Positions 23,001-32,005 of a stretch of 64,000 bases of DNA are shown piece by piece. Position 1 is the first letter of the stretch. Every line of letters begins with the position of its first letter. The stretch spans positions 113,612-177,611 of IMG/VR virus record IMGVR_UViG_3300005077_000003. The stretch is one strand, 5' to 3'. The notes under the pieces are model-generated. The model saw nothing but the letters and a program-made list of their open reading frames with translations. It was not told where the DNA came from and made no database searches. This DNA is from a virus. The translations under genes were made by a program, and so were the position numbers.

Positions 23001-24230
23001 CCAGACTTTGGCGTTTCCTATCTACAATATGCAAATGCAAGTTCTTTTACTACTGGCTCAATACAAATACCAGAATGCATTGATTTAGCTAGCGGGAAAA
23101 CAATAGAATTATTATTGTTAGCTCCAGCAGTTGATTTACCAATTGGTTATAACAATAGCTGGAACTGGGTTGCAGACAGATCAACTACAGTATGTGCTAA
23201 TGATAATATAAAAATAAAATTTATATGTATTGATGAAACTAGCCAATCTGGTATTTGGGTTGATATGTCGAGAAACAACCCGCCAATGCCAGCTGTGCAT
23301 AGCCACGCATATCATAATGGTCAAGGTAACTTAGGAGTATCTGGAGATCTTACAGTAGAAAGCGGGCTATCAGTCGGTGGCTTAATTAATGGCGTCGACT
23401 TAACTGGTCACACTGATGATGCAACAATACATTTTACTGAAGGCTCTATTTCACATAGCAACATAGACAACTTAGACGCTGATGACCATACACAATACTA
23501 TAATGAGACCAGAGGGGACGCTAGATATAGCTTAACCGGACATACTCACACAGAGTATACTACAGACGTAGAGTATAACTATCTTTCTGGAGAAGTAAAT
23601 ACACATACGTCAGACTCCACAATACATTTCACAGAAGCGTCAATTGATCATACTAATATACAAAATATTGGTACCAATACTCACTCACAAATAGATACTG
23701 CCATATCTTCTGGAGTTTCCCACAGAGCTGATTCTACTATACATTTTACTGAAGGATCTATATCCCACAGTAATATAGACGATCTAGATGCAGATGATCA
23801 TACTCAGTATCATAATGATACCAGAGGTGACACAAGATATTTATACACTGGTAATGCTTCTTCGTATACACCTACAACAGACTATCACCCAGCTACCAAG
23901 GTATATGTAGATGACCTGGTAAGCGATGCTTATTATTATCAACCAGTAATAAATATTGCTGGAAACCTCTCTCTTACTGCTGCGCATAGAAATGTATTTG
24001 TAAATGCTACCGCCACATCTTATACTGTAATCCCGCCTAATCCTACAACAGTATCCGGCCACGTATTCTCTACTACAAAAACAGATTCTAGTGCCTATAC
24101 GGTAACAGTAAACCCTGCTGGCGCTAATACTATTAATGGCTCATTAACATATGTACTTACTGCACAGTATGATAGTATTACCTATATTAGTGATGGTACA
24201 GAGTATAAAATTATTGGAAAGTATCCATAA
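20070..24230 (+). CDS. Long tail/whisker fibre (1386 aa): two Ig-like (SbsA/Big_5-type) segments, collagen repeat, three CBM5/12-like motifs, His-rich repeats, C-terminal fibre-tip domain
   Basis: GXY repeat; motifs W...TY...DVV.Y.G..Y at about 21330, 22362 and 22563; repeated IHFT...HS.L.DL..DDH.QY...RGD.RY...GH.H; C-terminal TV.P...TING...L..QY.SI..ISDG..Y.II. Confidence 0.8.
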   Translation: MRINAQTFKIHSGGSGVKEVEKFIANRIGRDLSLIHSISAISINATTTELTLNYYDSPEISVQTTNPPNGFVASTGTPLDVIFAQYSSPLNENSISGGITLNGSETTGWYIEENTNNYILAIQINTGSQDEVAVIVVLDDSIEDYRGNQQNGSTVLGYTTSTRAIVTEGYEDVYSAKDIRGTVKLKYARIDASASPTRKIKEILNKSDELLAYASVSKNITTTELFMLIVDEAEPVVKSMFPRQGANNPTDVSFGSLVLSFANPIDIVQATTVLGTFGVYQSYGVTQDVPLNRISAIDERTIKFDTSGIWSDLSLTTAYVNIFVRPGLRSAKGLESTKGYVFGHEISEIAFGGVGAQGPPGPPGPTGAQGESGAPGEQGPTGEPGPTGATGDPGPQGDPGPPGEDGEDGAPGQGFIWSGEWTSTNTYQPYDVVYYSGNGDTYVCVQTDLGHPPETTSSWELMVRAYDGTGTGGGGGPIAHSDLIDMPSSLNDDHDGRYSLTGHNHDGIYVTTGAFYTLSGEVTNISNDLTTLESAFDTHSGDDTIHFTMGEILISHSDLTDLDADDHTHYYNQTRGDARYALSGHNHDSSYPTIGSFSYLSGQVGTLSTDLEILSGDLDTHTSDSTIHYTVDSIVHSDLAELDGDDHTQYYNQTRGDARYALSGHNHDSSYPTIGAFTSLSGTVATLVTDLATTSGDLSAHTSDNTIHFTEDSISHSAIDDLTSDDHLQYFTTGRADTRYSQTGHTHTQFDDIRPDAFALSGGNWSAVPTYVLGDVVFHSGISYVARQSSTAKTPAPISAYWYQLGTLTTYTGFSGASTSIDITAVHYQGPWSDVEYYYENDLVTYSGLAYINIQEIISNPPTDTDYWANIGVLTGYLDDYLTGGAGTYVALSGAFSGASIDNIATFATADGLQIKDSGVDITKVARLQEHNTYTAPNTFQGDAGFESDAYFNEQAVFSKGIKTPSVLLIPSGQSFRPDFGVSYLQYANASSFTTGSIQIPECIDLASGKTIELLLLAPAVDLPIGYNNSWNWVADRSTTVCANDNIKIKFICIDETSQSGIWVDMSRNNPPMPAVHSHAYHNGQGNLGVSGDLTVESGLSVGGLINGVDLTGHTDDATIHFTEGSISHSNIDNLDADDHTQYYNETRGDARYSLTGHTHTEYTTDVEYNYLSGEVNTHTSDSTIHFTEASIDHTNIQNIGTNTHSQIDTAISSGVSHRADSTIHFTEGSISHSNIDDLDADDHTQYHNDTRGDTRYLYTGNASSYTPTTDYHPATKVYVDDLVSDAYYYQPVINIAGNLSLTAAHRNVFVNATATSYTVIPPNPTTVSGHVFSTTKTDSSAYTVTVNPAGANTINGSLTYVLTAQYDSITYISDGTEYKIIGKYP
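21132..21311 (+). repeat. Collagen-like Gly-X-Y repeat (19 uninterrupted triplets plus GQG)
   Basis: [60 protein letters not shown]. Confidence 0.95.
21501..22310 (+). repeat. His/Asp-rich fibre repeats, block 1 (one partial plus three ~65-aa units)
   Basis: Units H.SD.TIH(F/Y)T..SI.HS....L..DDH..Y....R.D.RY...GH(N/T)H; similarity is visible at the DNA level as well. Confidence 0.9.
23409..23840 (+). repeat. His/Asp-rich fibre repeats, block 2 (two full units plus one partial)
   Basis: [31 protein letters not shown] occurs twice; a partial unit [11 protein letters not shown] lies between them. Confidence 0.9.
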
Positions 24231-24263
24231 AAGTATTTTAATTATATGTAGTATATATTATAT

Positions 24264-24977
24264 ATGACACAAGACCCACCAAAAGATCATAGAGATTTTG
24301 CTAGATGGTTTGTAAAAGAGTATTCTTCACAACTATATAAATCTATTTCCCGCAGGTTAATACCTAATAGGTATTCTATAGATGATGTAAAACATTATAT
24401 GATAGAGAGAATACTAGACATCCTAGATAAGCGCGAACAAAGAGGCAACCCAATAGAGGAGCCAAAGACTTATTTTCGAAAGCTTATCCCATATTGGTGT
24501 GTAGAATTCCAACGCATGCATGGGTTCATATACTCTTTACCTAAAAGGCCAAGGGATGCTAACGCAGAAAAAGATATAGGACAGCACGGGTTCGTATATC
24601 TTAATTCTGATTATAATGTTGACGAGAATAATTCTAACAATGAACATGCAATACAAACATCATATATAGAATGCAGCTTCAACGAACCAATAAAATATCT
24701 TAACCAATATAAAGTAGTTGGAAATGATCCTGATGAGATATCTCCTGCGTGGGAAGTTCTTATGGGAGCCTTAAAAGAAGAAGAGGCTGATATTATATCA
24801 TGTTTATTTAGATATAACTTAACGGTCCCACAAGCAGCCAAGAAGCTTGGTATAGCTGTATCTACGGCCTATCAAAGGAAGGAACGAGCATTAAATATAC
24901 TTAGTGGATATATAGTAGCAAATACTAGTATTAACGATATAAGCTGGATTACGTTAAAAGGATTAACTAATGGTTAA
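24264..24977 (+). CDS. Phage RNA polymerase sigma-70-family factor (237 aa)
   Basis: Region-4 HTH LKEEEADIISCLFRYNLTVPQAAKKLGIAVSTAYQRKERAL; region-2-like helices near the N-terminus. Confidence 0.75.
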   Translation: MTQDPPKDHRDFARWFVKEYSSQLYKSISRRLIPNRYSIDDVKHYMIERILDILDKREQRGNPIEEPKTYFRKLIPYWCVEFQRMHGFIYSLPKRPRDANAEKDIGQHGFVYLNSDYNVDENNSNNEHAIQTSYIECSFNEPIKYLNQYKVVGNDPDEISPAWEVLMGALKEEEADIISCLFRYNLTVPQAAKKLGIAVSTAYQRKERALNILSGYIVANTSINDISWITLKGLTNG

Positions 24978-25068
24978 AGAAAATGATTTGGCAGAAAAAT
25001 TTGTATTTGGATTTACTGTACTAATTGTTGCAACCGTATTGTTATTAACCATATTGGTAGTTGTATAG
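24970..25068 (+). CDS. 32-aa single-pass membrane micropeptide
   Basis: Not in the ORF track. MVKENDLAEKFVFGFTVLIVATVLLLTILVVV; the start overlaps the sigma-factor stop by 8 nt. Confidence 0.5.
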   Translation: MVKENDLAEKFVFGFTVLIVATVLLLTILVVV

Positions 25069-25082
25069 TAATTACTATATAC

Positions 25083-25118
25083 AAAAAAATTAGGGAGCCA
25101 AAATTGGCTCCCTTTTTT
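25083..25118. terminator. Bidirectional rho-independent terminator between the convergent structural and glycan operons
   Basis: A7 tract, AGGGAGCCAA/TTGGCTCCCT 10-bp inverted repeat, T tract. Confidence 0.85.
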
Positions 25119-25119
25119 G

Positions 25120-25334
25120 TCTACTGACAAATTGAGCATTAAGTGGGGCGGATCAGCATCGAGAGACTCCTTATTTGTTTTTGTATTAGATATTTCTAAT
25201 TGTGTTTAAATGAAAATTACGAAGGTCAGTAGATATTCAAAACCCCTAAGCACAAAAAAATATAACACGTTAGCCTGTGGGTCGCATCTAACTATGTTAA
25301 TGGAATATGCTTAGGGGTATTCTGTATATAGAAT
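25120..25334. ncRNA. Candidate structured non-coding RNA (two multi-stem domains)
   Basis: Inverted repeats TCTACTGAC/GTCAGTAGA (25120-25128, 25225-25233), ACCCCTAAGCA/TGCTTAGGGGT (25242-25252, 25308-25318), TAACA-GTTAG/CTAAC-TGTTA, and ATTCT/AGAAT; no ORF of 60 aa or more here. Confidence 0.35.
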
Positions 25335-25339
25335 CGGCT

Positions 25340-26473
25340 TTATTCAAAGCACTCTGAAAGAGCTTTTTTTATAGTGGCAATATCTTCTTCTGTCATATAT
25401 GCGTGTGTTCCAATATGCACTCCATGATTTCCTACATATTCGGCATTTGGAAACTCGCCTAGCTTATGATTCATAAATTCATATGCTATATGTTGAGTAG
25501 GAATGCAGCCAAAATTTCTTTTCCACTCTATATTATATTTGTCTAATATCGTTGTTAGGTTACTTACCTGTTTGTTGTCTTTTAGTGTTATACTAAAGCC
25601 ATGAGGACATACAGAATATCCTTCAGGCTCTATGCTAAAATATGCTAAATCAGTAAATTGTTTTGTATAGTTTACAAGATTATACCATACTTCCTTTCTT
25701 TTAGAAAAAATATCACTGAAATTTTTAATGGAACTTATACCTAAGGCTGCTTCCATATCATTCATCTTAGAATTATAACCCACTCTAAGATGCGAAAAAT
25801 ATAAGCTATCATGTATTCTACCATGAGACCTGGTAGATACAACTGAATTATATACCGTATCACTATTGGTAGATACCATTCCTCCTTCAGCAGTGCATAT
25901 TAGGTGAGCAACATAGTAACTAAATGCTGCACCATAGCTTTCTTGGCCAATATATACAGGTCCTCCATAGTTATTAGTGTAAGTAGCTCCATGTGCTTCA
26001 CAGGCGTCCTCAAACACAATTAAATTGTGCTTGTTAGCAATTTCTAGTATTTTATTCATATTGCAGGGAAGCCCCATAGTATGTACTGCTAGTATTGCTC
26101 TGGTTTTATTTGTAATTGCTGCTTCTATTAGATCCTCGTTTATATTAAGAGTATCTCTTCTTATATCTACAAAAACAGGAGTAAATCCAGCTGTTAATAC
26201 AGCATTAGTAGACGCTATAAAAGAAAGTGCTGGAACAATCACTTCATCTCCTCGTTTAGCCCCAAAGTCATATAACGAAGAGACTAGATTAAGTACTGCA
26301 TCTGTACCTGAAGAAACTGCTGCGCTATATTTATAATTAAATATAGTGTTCCATTTTTTTTCAAACTCCTTTACCTTAGGTCCCATAGTAACCCAGTTAT
26401 TTTCTATACATTCTTGTATAGAACTAATGACATCATTGTCTATAGATAATTTACCAAAATTAATTTTTTTCAT
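25340..26473 (-). CDS. PLP/PMP-dependent DegT/DnrJ-fold enzyme, ColD-like GDP-4-keto-6-deoxymannose 3-dehydratase
   Basis: Typical DegT motifs (SSGT.A, GDEVIVP..SF.A, EDACEAHG). The Schiff-base Lys position is His (SYYVAHLICTAEGG), the 3-dehydratase signature. Confidence 0.8.
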   Translation of the reverse strand: MKKINFGKLSIDNDVISSIQECIENNWVTMGPKVKEFEKKWNTIFNYKYSAAVSSGTDAVLNLVSSLYDFGAKRGDEVIVPALSFIASTNAVLTAGFTPVFVDIRRDTLNINEDLIEAAITNKTRAILAVHTMGLPCNMNKILEIANKHNLIVFEDACEAHGATYTNNYGGPVYIGQESYGAAFSYYVAHLICTAEGGMVSTNSDTVYNSVVSTRSHGRIHDSLYFSHLRVGYNSKMNDMEAALGISSIKNFSDIFSKRKEVWYNLVNYTKQFTDLAYFSIEPEGYSVCPHGFSITLKDNKQVSNLTTILDKYNIEWKRNFGCIPTQHIAYEFMNHKLGEFPNAEYVGNHGVHIGTHAYMTEEDIATIKKALSECFE

Positions 26474-27428
26474 ATAGTTTTATCCAATAATCTATCATTT
26501 CATCTAACATAGATTCAAAAGTATATTCAAATTGAAGATCTATAATTTCTTTTGTTTTACTAGTATCGCCACATAAAGTATAAAGTTCCTGTGGTCTAAT
26601 ATATCTCTGGTTTTGAGTAACATATTTATTATAGTCTAATTCTAACTTGCTAAATACATATTCACACATTTCTCTTACACTATGGGTTATTCCAGTAGCA
26701 CATAAATAATCACCAGGAGTAGGTAACTGCATAAGCTGATACATTACTTTTACGTAATCTTTAGCATGTCCCCAGTCGCGCTTAGCTTCTAGATTTCCTA
26801 ATGCAAGTGTAGATTTTTTACCTTTAGCTATTTCAATAGCACCCTTTACTATTTTAGTACTAACGAAATTAGCTCCTCTTCTGACTGATTCATGGTTAAA
26901 CAGTATACCATTAGTAATATACATATTATATGCTTGCCTATAACATTTAGCAAGATTATACGCGGCTACTTTAGAGCAAGCATAAGGACTTACTGGATGC
27001 ATTGGAGTCAGCTCAGTTTGCATTTTATCAGTAGAATTGCCAAACATCTCTGATGATGCAGCATTATATATCTTTACATGGGGACATACTAACTTAACTG
27101 CCTCCAGTAAATTTAGTGTTCCAACTGCGTTTGTTTGGTAAGTATAAGTAGGCTTTATAAAACTAACATTAACATGTGATTGTGCTGCTAAATGATATAT
27201 AACATCTGGTTCATATTTTTGTAATAACGAGATTATAGATAAAACATCTGTTATATCTCCATACTCGATTGAAATATCTCCAATAATATGATTTAGCCTT
27301 GCAGACTGGTTCTCTGAAACTGAGTTCCTTCGGACCATACCACATACTTGGCTACCCTCTTTTAATAAGAGCTCTGCCAAGTATGAACCATCTTGGCCTG
27401 CTATACCTGTTATTAGGGCTTTTTTCAT
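26460..27428 (-). CDS. gmd: GDP-mannose 4,6-dehydratase
   Basis: KKALITGIAGQDGSYLAELLL, HLAAQSHV, ASSSEMFG, SPYACSK, NGILFNHES.RRG..FV..KI, RDWGHAKDYV. Confidence 0.95.
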   Translation of the reverse strand: MKKALITGIAGQDGSYLAELLLKEGSQVCGMVRRNSVSENQSARLNHIIGDISIEYGDITDVLSIISLLQKYEPDVIYHLAAQSHVNVSFIKPTYTYQTNAVGTLNLLEAVKLVCPHVKIYNAASSEMFGNSTDKMQTELTPMHPVSPYACSKVAAYNLAKCYRQAYNMYITNGILFNHESVRRGANFVSTKIVKGAIEIAKGKKSTLALGNLEAKRDWGHAKDYVKVMYQLMQLPTPGDYLCATGITHSVREMCEYVFSKLELDYNKYVTQNQRYIRPQELYTLCGDTSKTKEIIDLQFEYTFESMLDEMIDYWIKLYEKN

Positions 27429-28369
27429 TATAATCTAATCTCTGTTCCCCTCAGCATACTATCTTGGAACCATTCTATACTTTTTGTAAGTGCTTCTTTC
27501 ATATCTGTATACTTAAAGTCTGGTAGAATACTATCAAATAGTGTTCTATTTGATCTTCTAAACATTTGACCATTTGGCTTTGAACTGTCAAAAACAATAT
27601 TTTTATACCCATATATTTTGGCTACTAAGTTAGCCATATGGCTAATTCTATATTCTCCTTCGCCAGGAATTAATAACAATTCTGGAAGAATATCGTTATT
27701 AATTTTCTTTTCTGTTATATCCAATACAGCCCTAGCTAAGTCATGAGAATAAATAAATTCTCTTGTTGGTTCTCCCGTACCCCAGACAACAAATGGTTTA
27801 TTGTCTCGCTGAGCCTCATAGCATTTACGTATTAAACTTGGCATAACATGTCCCAAAGTTAAGTCATAATTATCATGTTCTCCAAATACATTGCCTGGGA
27901 TAACTGTCATATAGTTTGTTCCAAATTGTTTGTTATAAGCATGTATTTGTATATCTACCATGCGCTTAGTATAAGCATAAACATAGTGGAATGAAGCTGG
28001 AGGACTATCGTGGAGCTTGCTTTCTTCTAAGGTTTCTAGTTCACCAGGGAAGGCACAATTCGATCCAAATGCAATTACATTTGGTATGTTATTTATACGT
28101 GCTGATTCAATTACATTAGTATTAATTAAAATATTATCTCTAAATAATTCCCCAGAGTAATGCATGTTTCTATATATGCCTCCTACTCTGGCAGCAGCAT
28201 GTATTATAGCATCAGCATCTTTATGTAGTAAGCAAATATTATTTGCTACAGCTGGATCTCGTAGATCACATTCTCTGGGTATTGGAACCATATCATGGCC
28301 GCGCTTGATTCCGTTTTCTAATATTGCACTACCAGCTAATCCTTTAGGTCCCGTAAGTAAAATTTTCAT
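27428..28369 (-). CDS. GDP-L-fucose synthase / GDP-colitose synthase (Fcl/ColC)-like epimerase-reductase
   Basis: HAAARVGGI, NILINTNVI, SNCAFP, YAYTK (YxxxK), N.FG.HDNY, HVMPSLIRK, WGTG.P.REFIYS.DLA, KPNGQ. Confidence 0.9.
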   Translation of the reverse strand: MKILLTGPKGLAGSAILENGIKRGHDMVPIPRECDLRDPAVANNICLLHKDADAIIHAAARVGGIYRNMHYSGELFRDNILINTNVIESARINNIPNVIAFGSNCAFPGELETLEESKLHDSPPASFHYVYAYTKRMVDIQIHAYNKQFGTNYMTVIPGNVFGEHDNYDLTLGHVMPSLIRKCYEAQRDNKPFVVWGTGEPTREFIYSHDLARAVLDITEKKINNDILPELLLIPGEGEYRISHMANLVAKIYGYKNIVFDSSKPNGQMFRRSNRTLFDSILPDFKYTDMKEALTKSIEWFQDSMLRGTEIRL

Positions 28370-28974
28370 ATTTTTTGTGCCTCAACATTTAATGACATTA
28401 ATATACCATTTACTTTGTCAAAGTTAGGAAGATAAGATTGACTGTAATCATCTATCCACCAATGTTCTGTTTCTTTCCAGTCATATCTACATATGTTTGT
28501 AAAGCCTACTAGTTCTAGTATCGACTTGAGTCTGTCAAAATCCCAGCTTGATCTATGGATTGCTGATTCGTATAGAGAACTGCCATGAATAATATTCTGA
28601 AGAATAGTAAGATTCTTAGTAAGTAAGTAATAGTTTACTATTGTTGCGAAATCAGGCATAGCTAGTCTAAGAATACCTCCGTTTTCAAGAACAGAATACC
28701 AATTTGCTAAAGAAGAGTTTATTTCTTCTGGTTTTAAATGTTCAAGTACATGACAGGCATATATAAGCCCAACTGATCCTGGCTTATATTTGGAAAGAGT
28801 TCTTATATCATCTACTATGTCTGGATTACAATTTTCACGAGAATCTATGTTTATAAATCCAGGAATCTTTTTTATCCCGCATCCTAGGTTTAGTTTAGGA
28901 CCTCTAATTGTAAGTTTTTTAGAAGTTCCATCTATAATAGGACAGTCAGTTCCTTTTATATGCGCCTTTTCCAT
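28366..28974 (-). CDS. Class I SAM-dependent methyltransferase
   Basis: KLNLGCG motif I; IYACHVLEHL; L..GGILRL..PD. Confidence 0.85.
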   Translation of the reverse strand: MEKAHIKGTDCPIIDGTSKKLTIRGPKLNLGCGIKKIPGFINIDSRENCNPDIVDDIRTLSKYKPGSVGLIYACHVLEHLKPEEINSSLANWYSVLENGGILRLAMPDFATIVNYYLLTKNLTILQNIIHGSSLYESAIHRSSWDFDRLKSILELVGFTNICRYDWKETEHWWIDDYSQSYLPNFDKVNGILMSLNVEAQKI

Positions 28975-29717
28975 ATCTTTGGTGACTCCTTCCAGTTGTC
29001 ATAGGGGATTTGAATTTCGCGCTGCCCTGGGGCTGAATAAATTGAATTAAAAAGTGGTTTATCGTTCTCTATATCTGCTGCTACCAGTGGATGTGTAGCA
29101 TCTCTTGGTTCCCAAAACGCATCCATGGCAAAAAATGGGGGGATAATAATAGATGCTCCATCCATCTGGGCTCTAAATCCCATGTCGATTACGTTCATAT
29201 TTGCTTGTTCAAATCTGCAATCTAGTCCACCAAGATATCTAAAATAGCTAGTTCTAAGGAATGAGATAAGAGGAATTGCCCAGTTTTGGGATATTCCTGG
29301 AAGTCTTAACGCTTCATGATACCATGCCATCCAGTATCTTTCATGGAAATGTTGTTCTTGTCCAGGCTTGGTAAAGTCTTCTACATATCTCATACATACA
29401 ATGTCTTTCTCATTATTTCTTTCGTTAAGTATATCTGTAGTAGTTTGTATAGCATTTTGTCTTGCAATACAGTCATCTGGCATCCATGTTAAATATTTGC
29501 CTTCAACAAATAGCGAAGCTATTTGCAAAGCTCTCGCAGGAGATCCAAGTTCTCTAATATATTTTACATTATCTAGGTAAAGGTCTCCTGGCATTGCATA
29601 CGGACCACAAAAAATTACTTCAAATGATTTATTTCCTACCGATTCTTTTAAAGAATTATACGTTCTTTGCCAGGCCTCATTTCTAATACCAGGAACTATA
29701 ATTGAAATATCTATCAT
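28956..29717 (-). CDS. GT-A (GT2-like) glycosyltransferase, tandem paralogue 5
   Basis: ISIIVPGIR, FEVIFCGP, PDD motif, LGGLDCRFE, C-terminal W...IWKRR. Confidence 0.8.
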   Translation of the reverse strand: MIDISIIVPGIRNEAWQRTYNSLKESVGNKSFEVIFCGPYAMPGDLYLDNVKYIRELGSPARALQIASLFVEGKYLTWMPDDCIARQNAIQTTTDILNERNNEKDIVCMRYVEDFTKPGQEQHFHERYWMAWYHEALRLPGISQNWAIPLISFLRTSYFRYLGGLDCRFEQANMNVIDMGFRAQMDGASIIIPPFFAMDAFWEPRDATHPLVAADIENDKPLFNSIYSAPGQREIQIPYDNWKESPKIWKRRI

Positions 29718-30472
29718 ACTTTAAATCTCCTTTCCCATATTGCTGGGCTTTGTTTCCAGTTATAAAGATCTATACATTGAGGACGCTGCTTAGCTGTTAA
29801 CTCAGAACCATAAATTGATCTAAACAATAATTGATCTGGACCATCAGATAAACAAATAGCAGCATGGTCTCCAGAGTGTCCTGGCATATGGTCGTCATTA
29901 CTGATTTCTGTATTAGATGGATAACAATTTCCTCCAGCTCTCTGAATACGGAATAGTAAGTCATGTATATTGTAGTTGATATGTTCAAATCTGCAGTCAT
30001 AACCACCAAATTGTTTAATAGTTGCTAAACTAAGGAGGGTATGACCGCAAATTTTCCAGCCTGGATCTATTCCAGGAAGCCGTAGGGCTTCATGGTACCA
30101 CGCATTCCAGTTTTCAATAGGTGCCTCCTTACCAGTTCTTCCAGGAGATTCTCGATACCTCATTAGAATAACATCTAAATTTCCACACATATTATCATAT
30201 TGCTCGATAGCATTATCTATTGCTCCAGGAAGGAACAAAGCATCATCTACAGCATTAAAGTATAGTTCACCACTGCAATATAACAATCCTATTTGGGTAG
30301 CTCTTGATGGAGTTCCATAGTCTATAACACAAATAGTTTTGTCGTATACAGAAAAATTAGGACCTACTAATATAACTTCATATTCATATTTGGTACAAGA
30401 CTGAGCTAAGCTATCTAGCATAGCCGGAATAAGTGTGGATCTTATTGATGGAATTACAATACTAAGTTTCAA
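29714..30472 (-). CDS. GT-A (GT2-like) glycosyltransferase, tandem paralogue 4
   Basis: LSIVIPSIR, VDD motif, GGYDCRFE. Start re-placed at TTG 30472 by homology to paralogues (track start 30568 overlaps the upstream gene by about 100 nt). Confidence 0.75.
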   Translation of the reverse strand: MKLSIVIPSIRSTLIPAMLDSLAQSCTKYEYEVILVGPNFSVYDKTICVIDYGTPSRATQIGLLYCSGELYFNAVDDALFLPGAIDNAIEQYDNMCGNLDVILMRYRESPGRTGKEAPIENWNAWYHEALRLPGIDPGWKICGHTLLSLATIKQFGGYDCRFEHINYNIHDLLFRIQRAGGNCYPSNTEISNDDHMPGHSGDHAAICLSDGPDQLLFRSIYGSELTAKQRPQCIDLYNWKQSPAIWERRFKV

Positions 30473-31226
30473 TTTTAAACCTCCTGCTCCAAACCCGCTC
30501 AGCAGTTTGCCAATTATCGTATGGAACGTATATCCTTTCAAGGCAACTTTCGTCTTTATATATATCAATTAGTAGTTGCCAGTCATGATTATTCTGAGCA
30601 TCTTCAATTGGTCCATGATCTAGATGACCATGATCACAGTCTAATATAAAGTTATTTAACATAGTAACTTCACATCCTGACCTATATGATCTCATCGCAA
30701 AATCAGCATGAGAACAACAGCCTACTTCAAATTTACAGTCAAGTCCGCCAAGTTCTATGAAGGTTTCCCTATGCATAATAGCAGGCTGAAACATCCACCA
30801 TGACGGGTCTGCAAATTTAGCAAGCGGGCTATAGTTATTTAATCTAAAATATTGATCTGGTTGTTTTGTTTTTACTATACCATTTCTCCCTTCATAATAT
30901 CTACCCACACATATTTTTTCTTTTGAGGATTCTTTTAGTAAAGTTATTGCCTCATCTAATGCATCTGGTAAATAGATTGCATCATCAGCTCCCCATGTAA
31001 TTAAGTTTCCTTCTGCAAACAGAGTTCCTATTTGCTGTGCTCTAACAGCAGAGCCAAAATCCTTTATATATTTTATATTTGCATATTTAGTAAGAGGTTC
31101 AGGTAAAAGAAATGGACCAACAAATATAACTTCTATATCTTCTTGTGAAGTATTTTTTATTGACGCATAAAGAGCTTCCCAATTATATGGGCGTATTCCT
31201 GGGATAATAATAGACAATGTTGGCAT
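30462..31226 (-). CDS. GT-A (GT2-like) glycosyltransferase, tandem paralogue 3
   Basis: LSIIIPGIRP, ADD motif, LGGLDCKFE. Start re-placed at ATG 31226 (TAATG coupling). Confidence 0.8.
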   Translation of the reverse strand: MPTLSIIIPGIRPYNWEALYASIKNTSQEDIEVIFVGPFLLPEPLTKYANIKYIKDFGSAVRAQQIGTLFAEGNLITWGADDAIYLPDALDEAITLLKESSKEKICVGRYYEGRNGIVKTKQPDQYFRLNNYSPLAKFADPSWWMFQPAIMHRETFIELGGLDCKFEVGCCSHADFAMRSYRSGCEVTMLNNFILDCDHGHLDHGPIEDAQNNHDWQLLIDIYKDESCLERIYVPYDNWQTAERVWSRRFKIET

Positions 31227-32005
31227 TATTGAAATCTCCTTGACCAAACATGTTCTGCGTATTTCCAATTATTGAAATCAATTATAGTTCTTGTTGAGGG
31301 AATACTATAAAGTTGGTATAATATACGATAGTCTGTTTGTGGATTATTCATATCATCTACCACTGTTACTGGATCATGATCTCCATACATTCCAGCTGAA
31401 CCAGGAGCCCAATCACACATTAATACTGGGCCACAGGGAGTTCCTATATGTGCTCCATACTTTATAAGCCTTACAGTAAGATCTTGTCCACCCCAGTTAC
31501 ATGTGTTAAAATTTATACAATCATACCCACCTATTGCATAAAACAAATCAGGAGACATGATAGAGTTAAGCATCATAGGCGCCCCATCTGGGATACCAGG
31601 AAGATTTAGATGTGGCCATCTTTTCATGTGCCAGTAATTCTCTGGCATGTTATTATTTCCTTCTCCATATCGAAGAGGAATTACGGTGTTTTCAGCTTCA
31701 CCTTTTTCCCATTCAGAGAATGCTTCTTCTAACTTTCCTGGATGATATACTCCATCATCTGCCCCAAGAGTTATAGCTTTTCCTTCGCAGAACATGGCTG
31801 CAATTTGAGCACCACGAGATACTGATCCAAAGTCTCTTATATATTTAAAGTTTTTGAATTCAATCATATCTTTTTGTGGTGGAAAAGGGCCACATATGAT
31901 TAATTCAAAACTATATTTTCCTATTGATGGGATAATACTATCGTAATATCTTTTCCATAGTTGTGGTCTAATGCCTCCAAGGAATATAGACAGATCTGGC
32001 TTCAT
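31226..32005 (-). CDS. GT-A (GT2-like) glycosyltransferase, tandem paralogue 2
   Basis: LSIFLGGIRP, FELIICGP, ADD motif, IGGYD, VWSRRF. Confidence 0.8.
   Translation of the reverse strand: MKPDLSIFLGGIRPQLWKRYYDSIIPSIGKYSFELIICGPFPPQKDMIEFKNFKYIRDFGSVSRGAQIAAMFCEGKAITLGADDGVYHPGKLEEAFSEWEKGEAENTVIPLRYGEGNNNMPENYWHMKRWPHLNLPGIPDGAPMMLNSIMSPDLFYAIGGYDCINFNTCNWGGQDLTVRLIKYGAHIGTPCGPVLMCDWAPGSAGMYGDHDPVTVVDDMNNPQTDYRILYQLYSIPSTRTIIDFNNWKYAEHVWSRRFQ

Noticed and set aside
21790-23835. Four RGD motifs in the fibre as integrin ligands
   Set aside because: They are just the conserved TRGD(A/T)RY part of the structural repeat, and nothing else suggests a eukaryotic target.
21501-23840. Diversity-generating retroelement template/variable repeats in the fibre
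   Set aside because: The repeats differ at all base types rather than only at adenines, all are in-frame coding, and no reverse transcriptase is present.
25340-26473. Perosamine synthase / DegT aminotransferase call
   Set aside because: The catalytic Lys position is His, which fits a 3-dehydratase.
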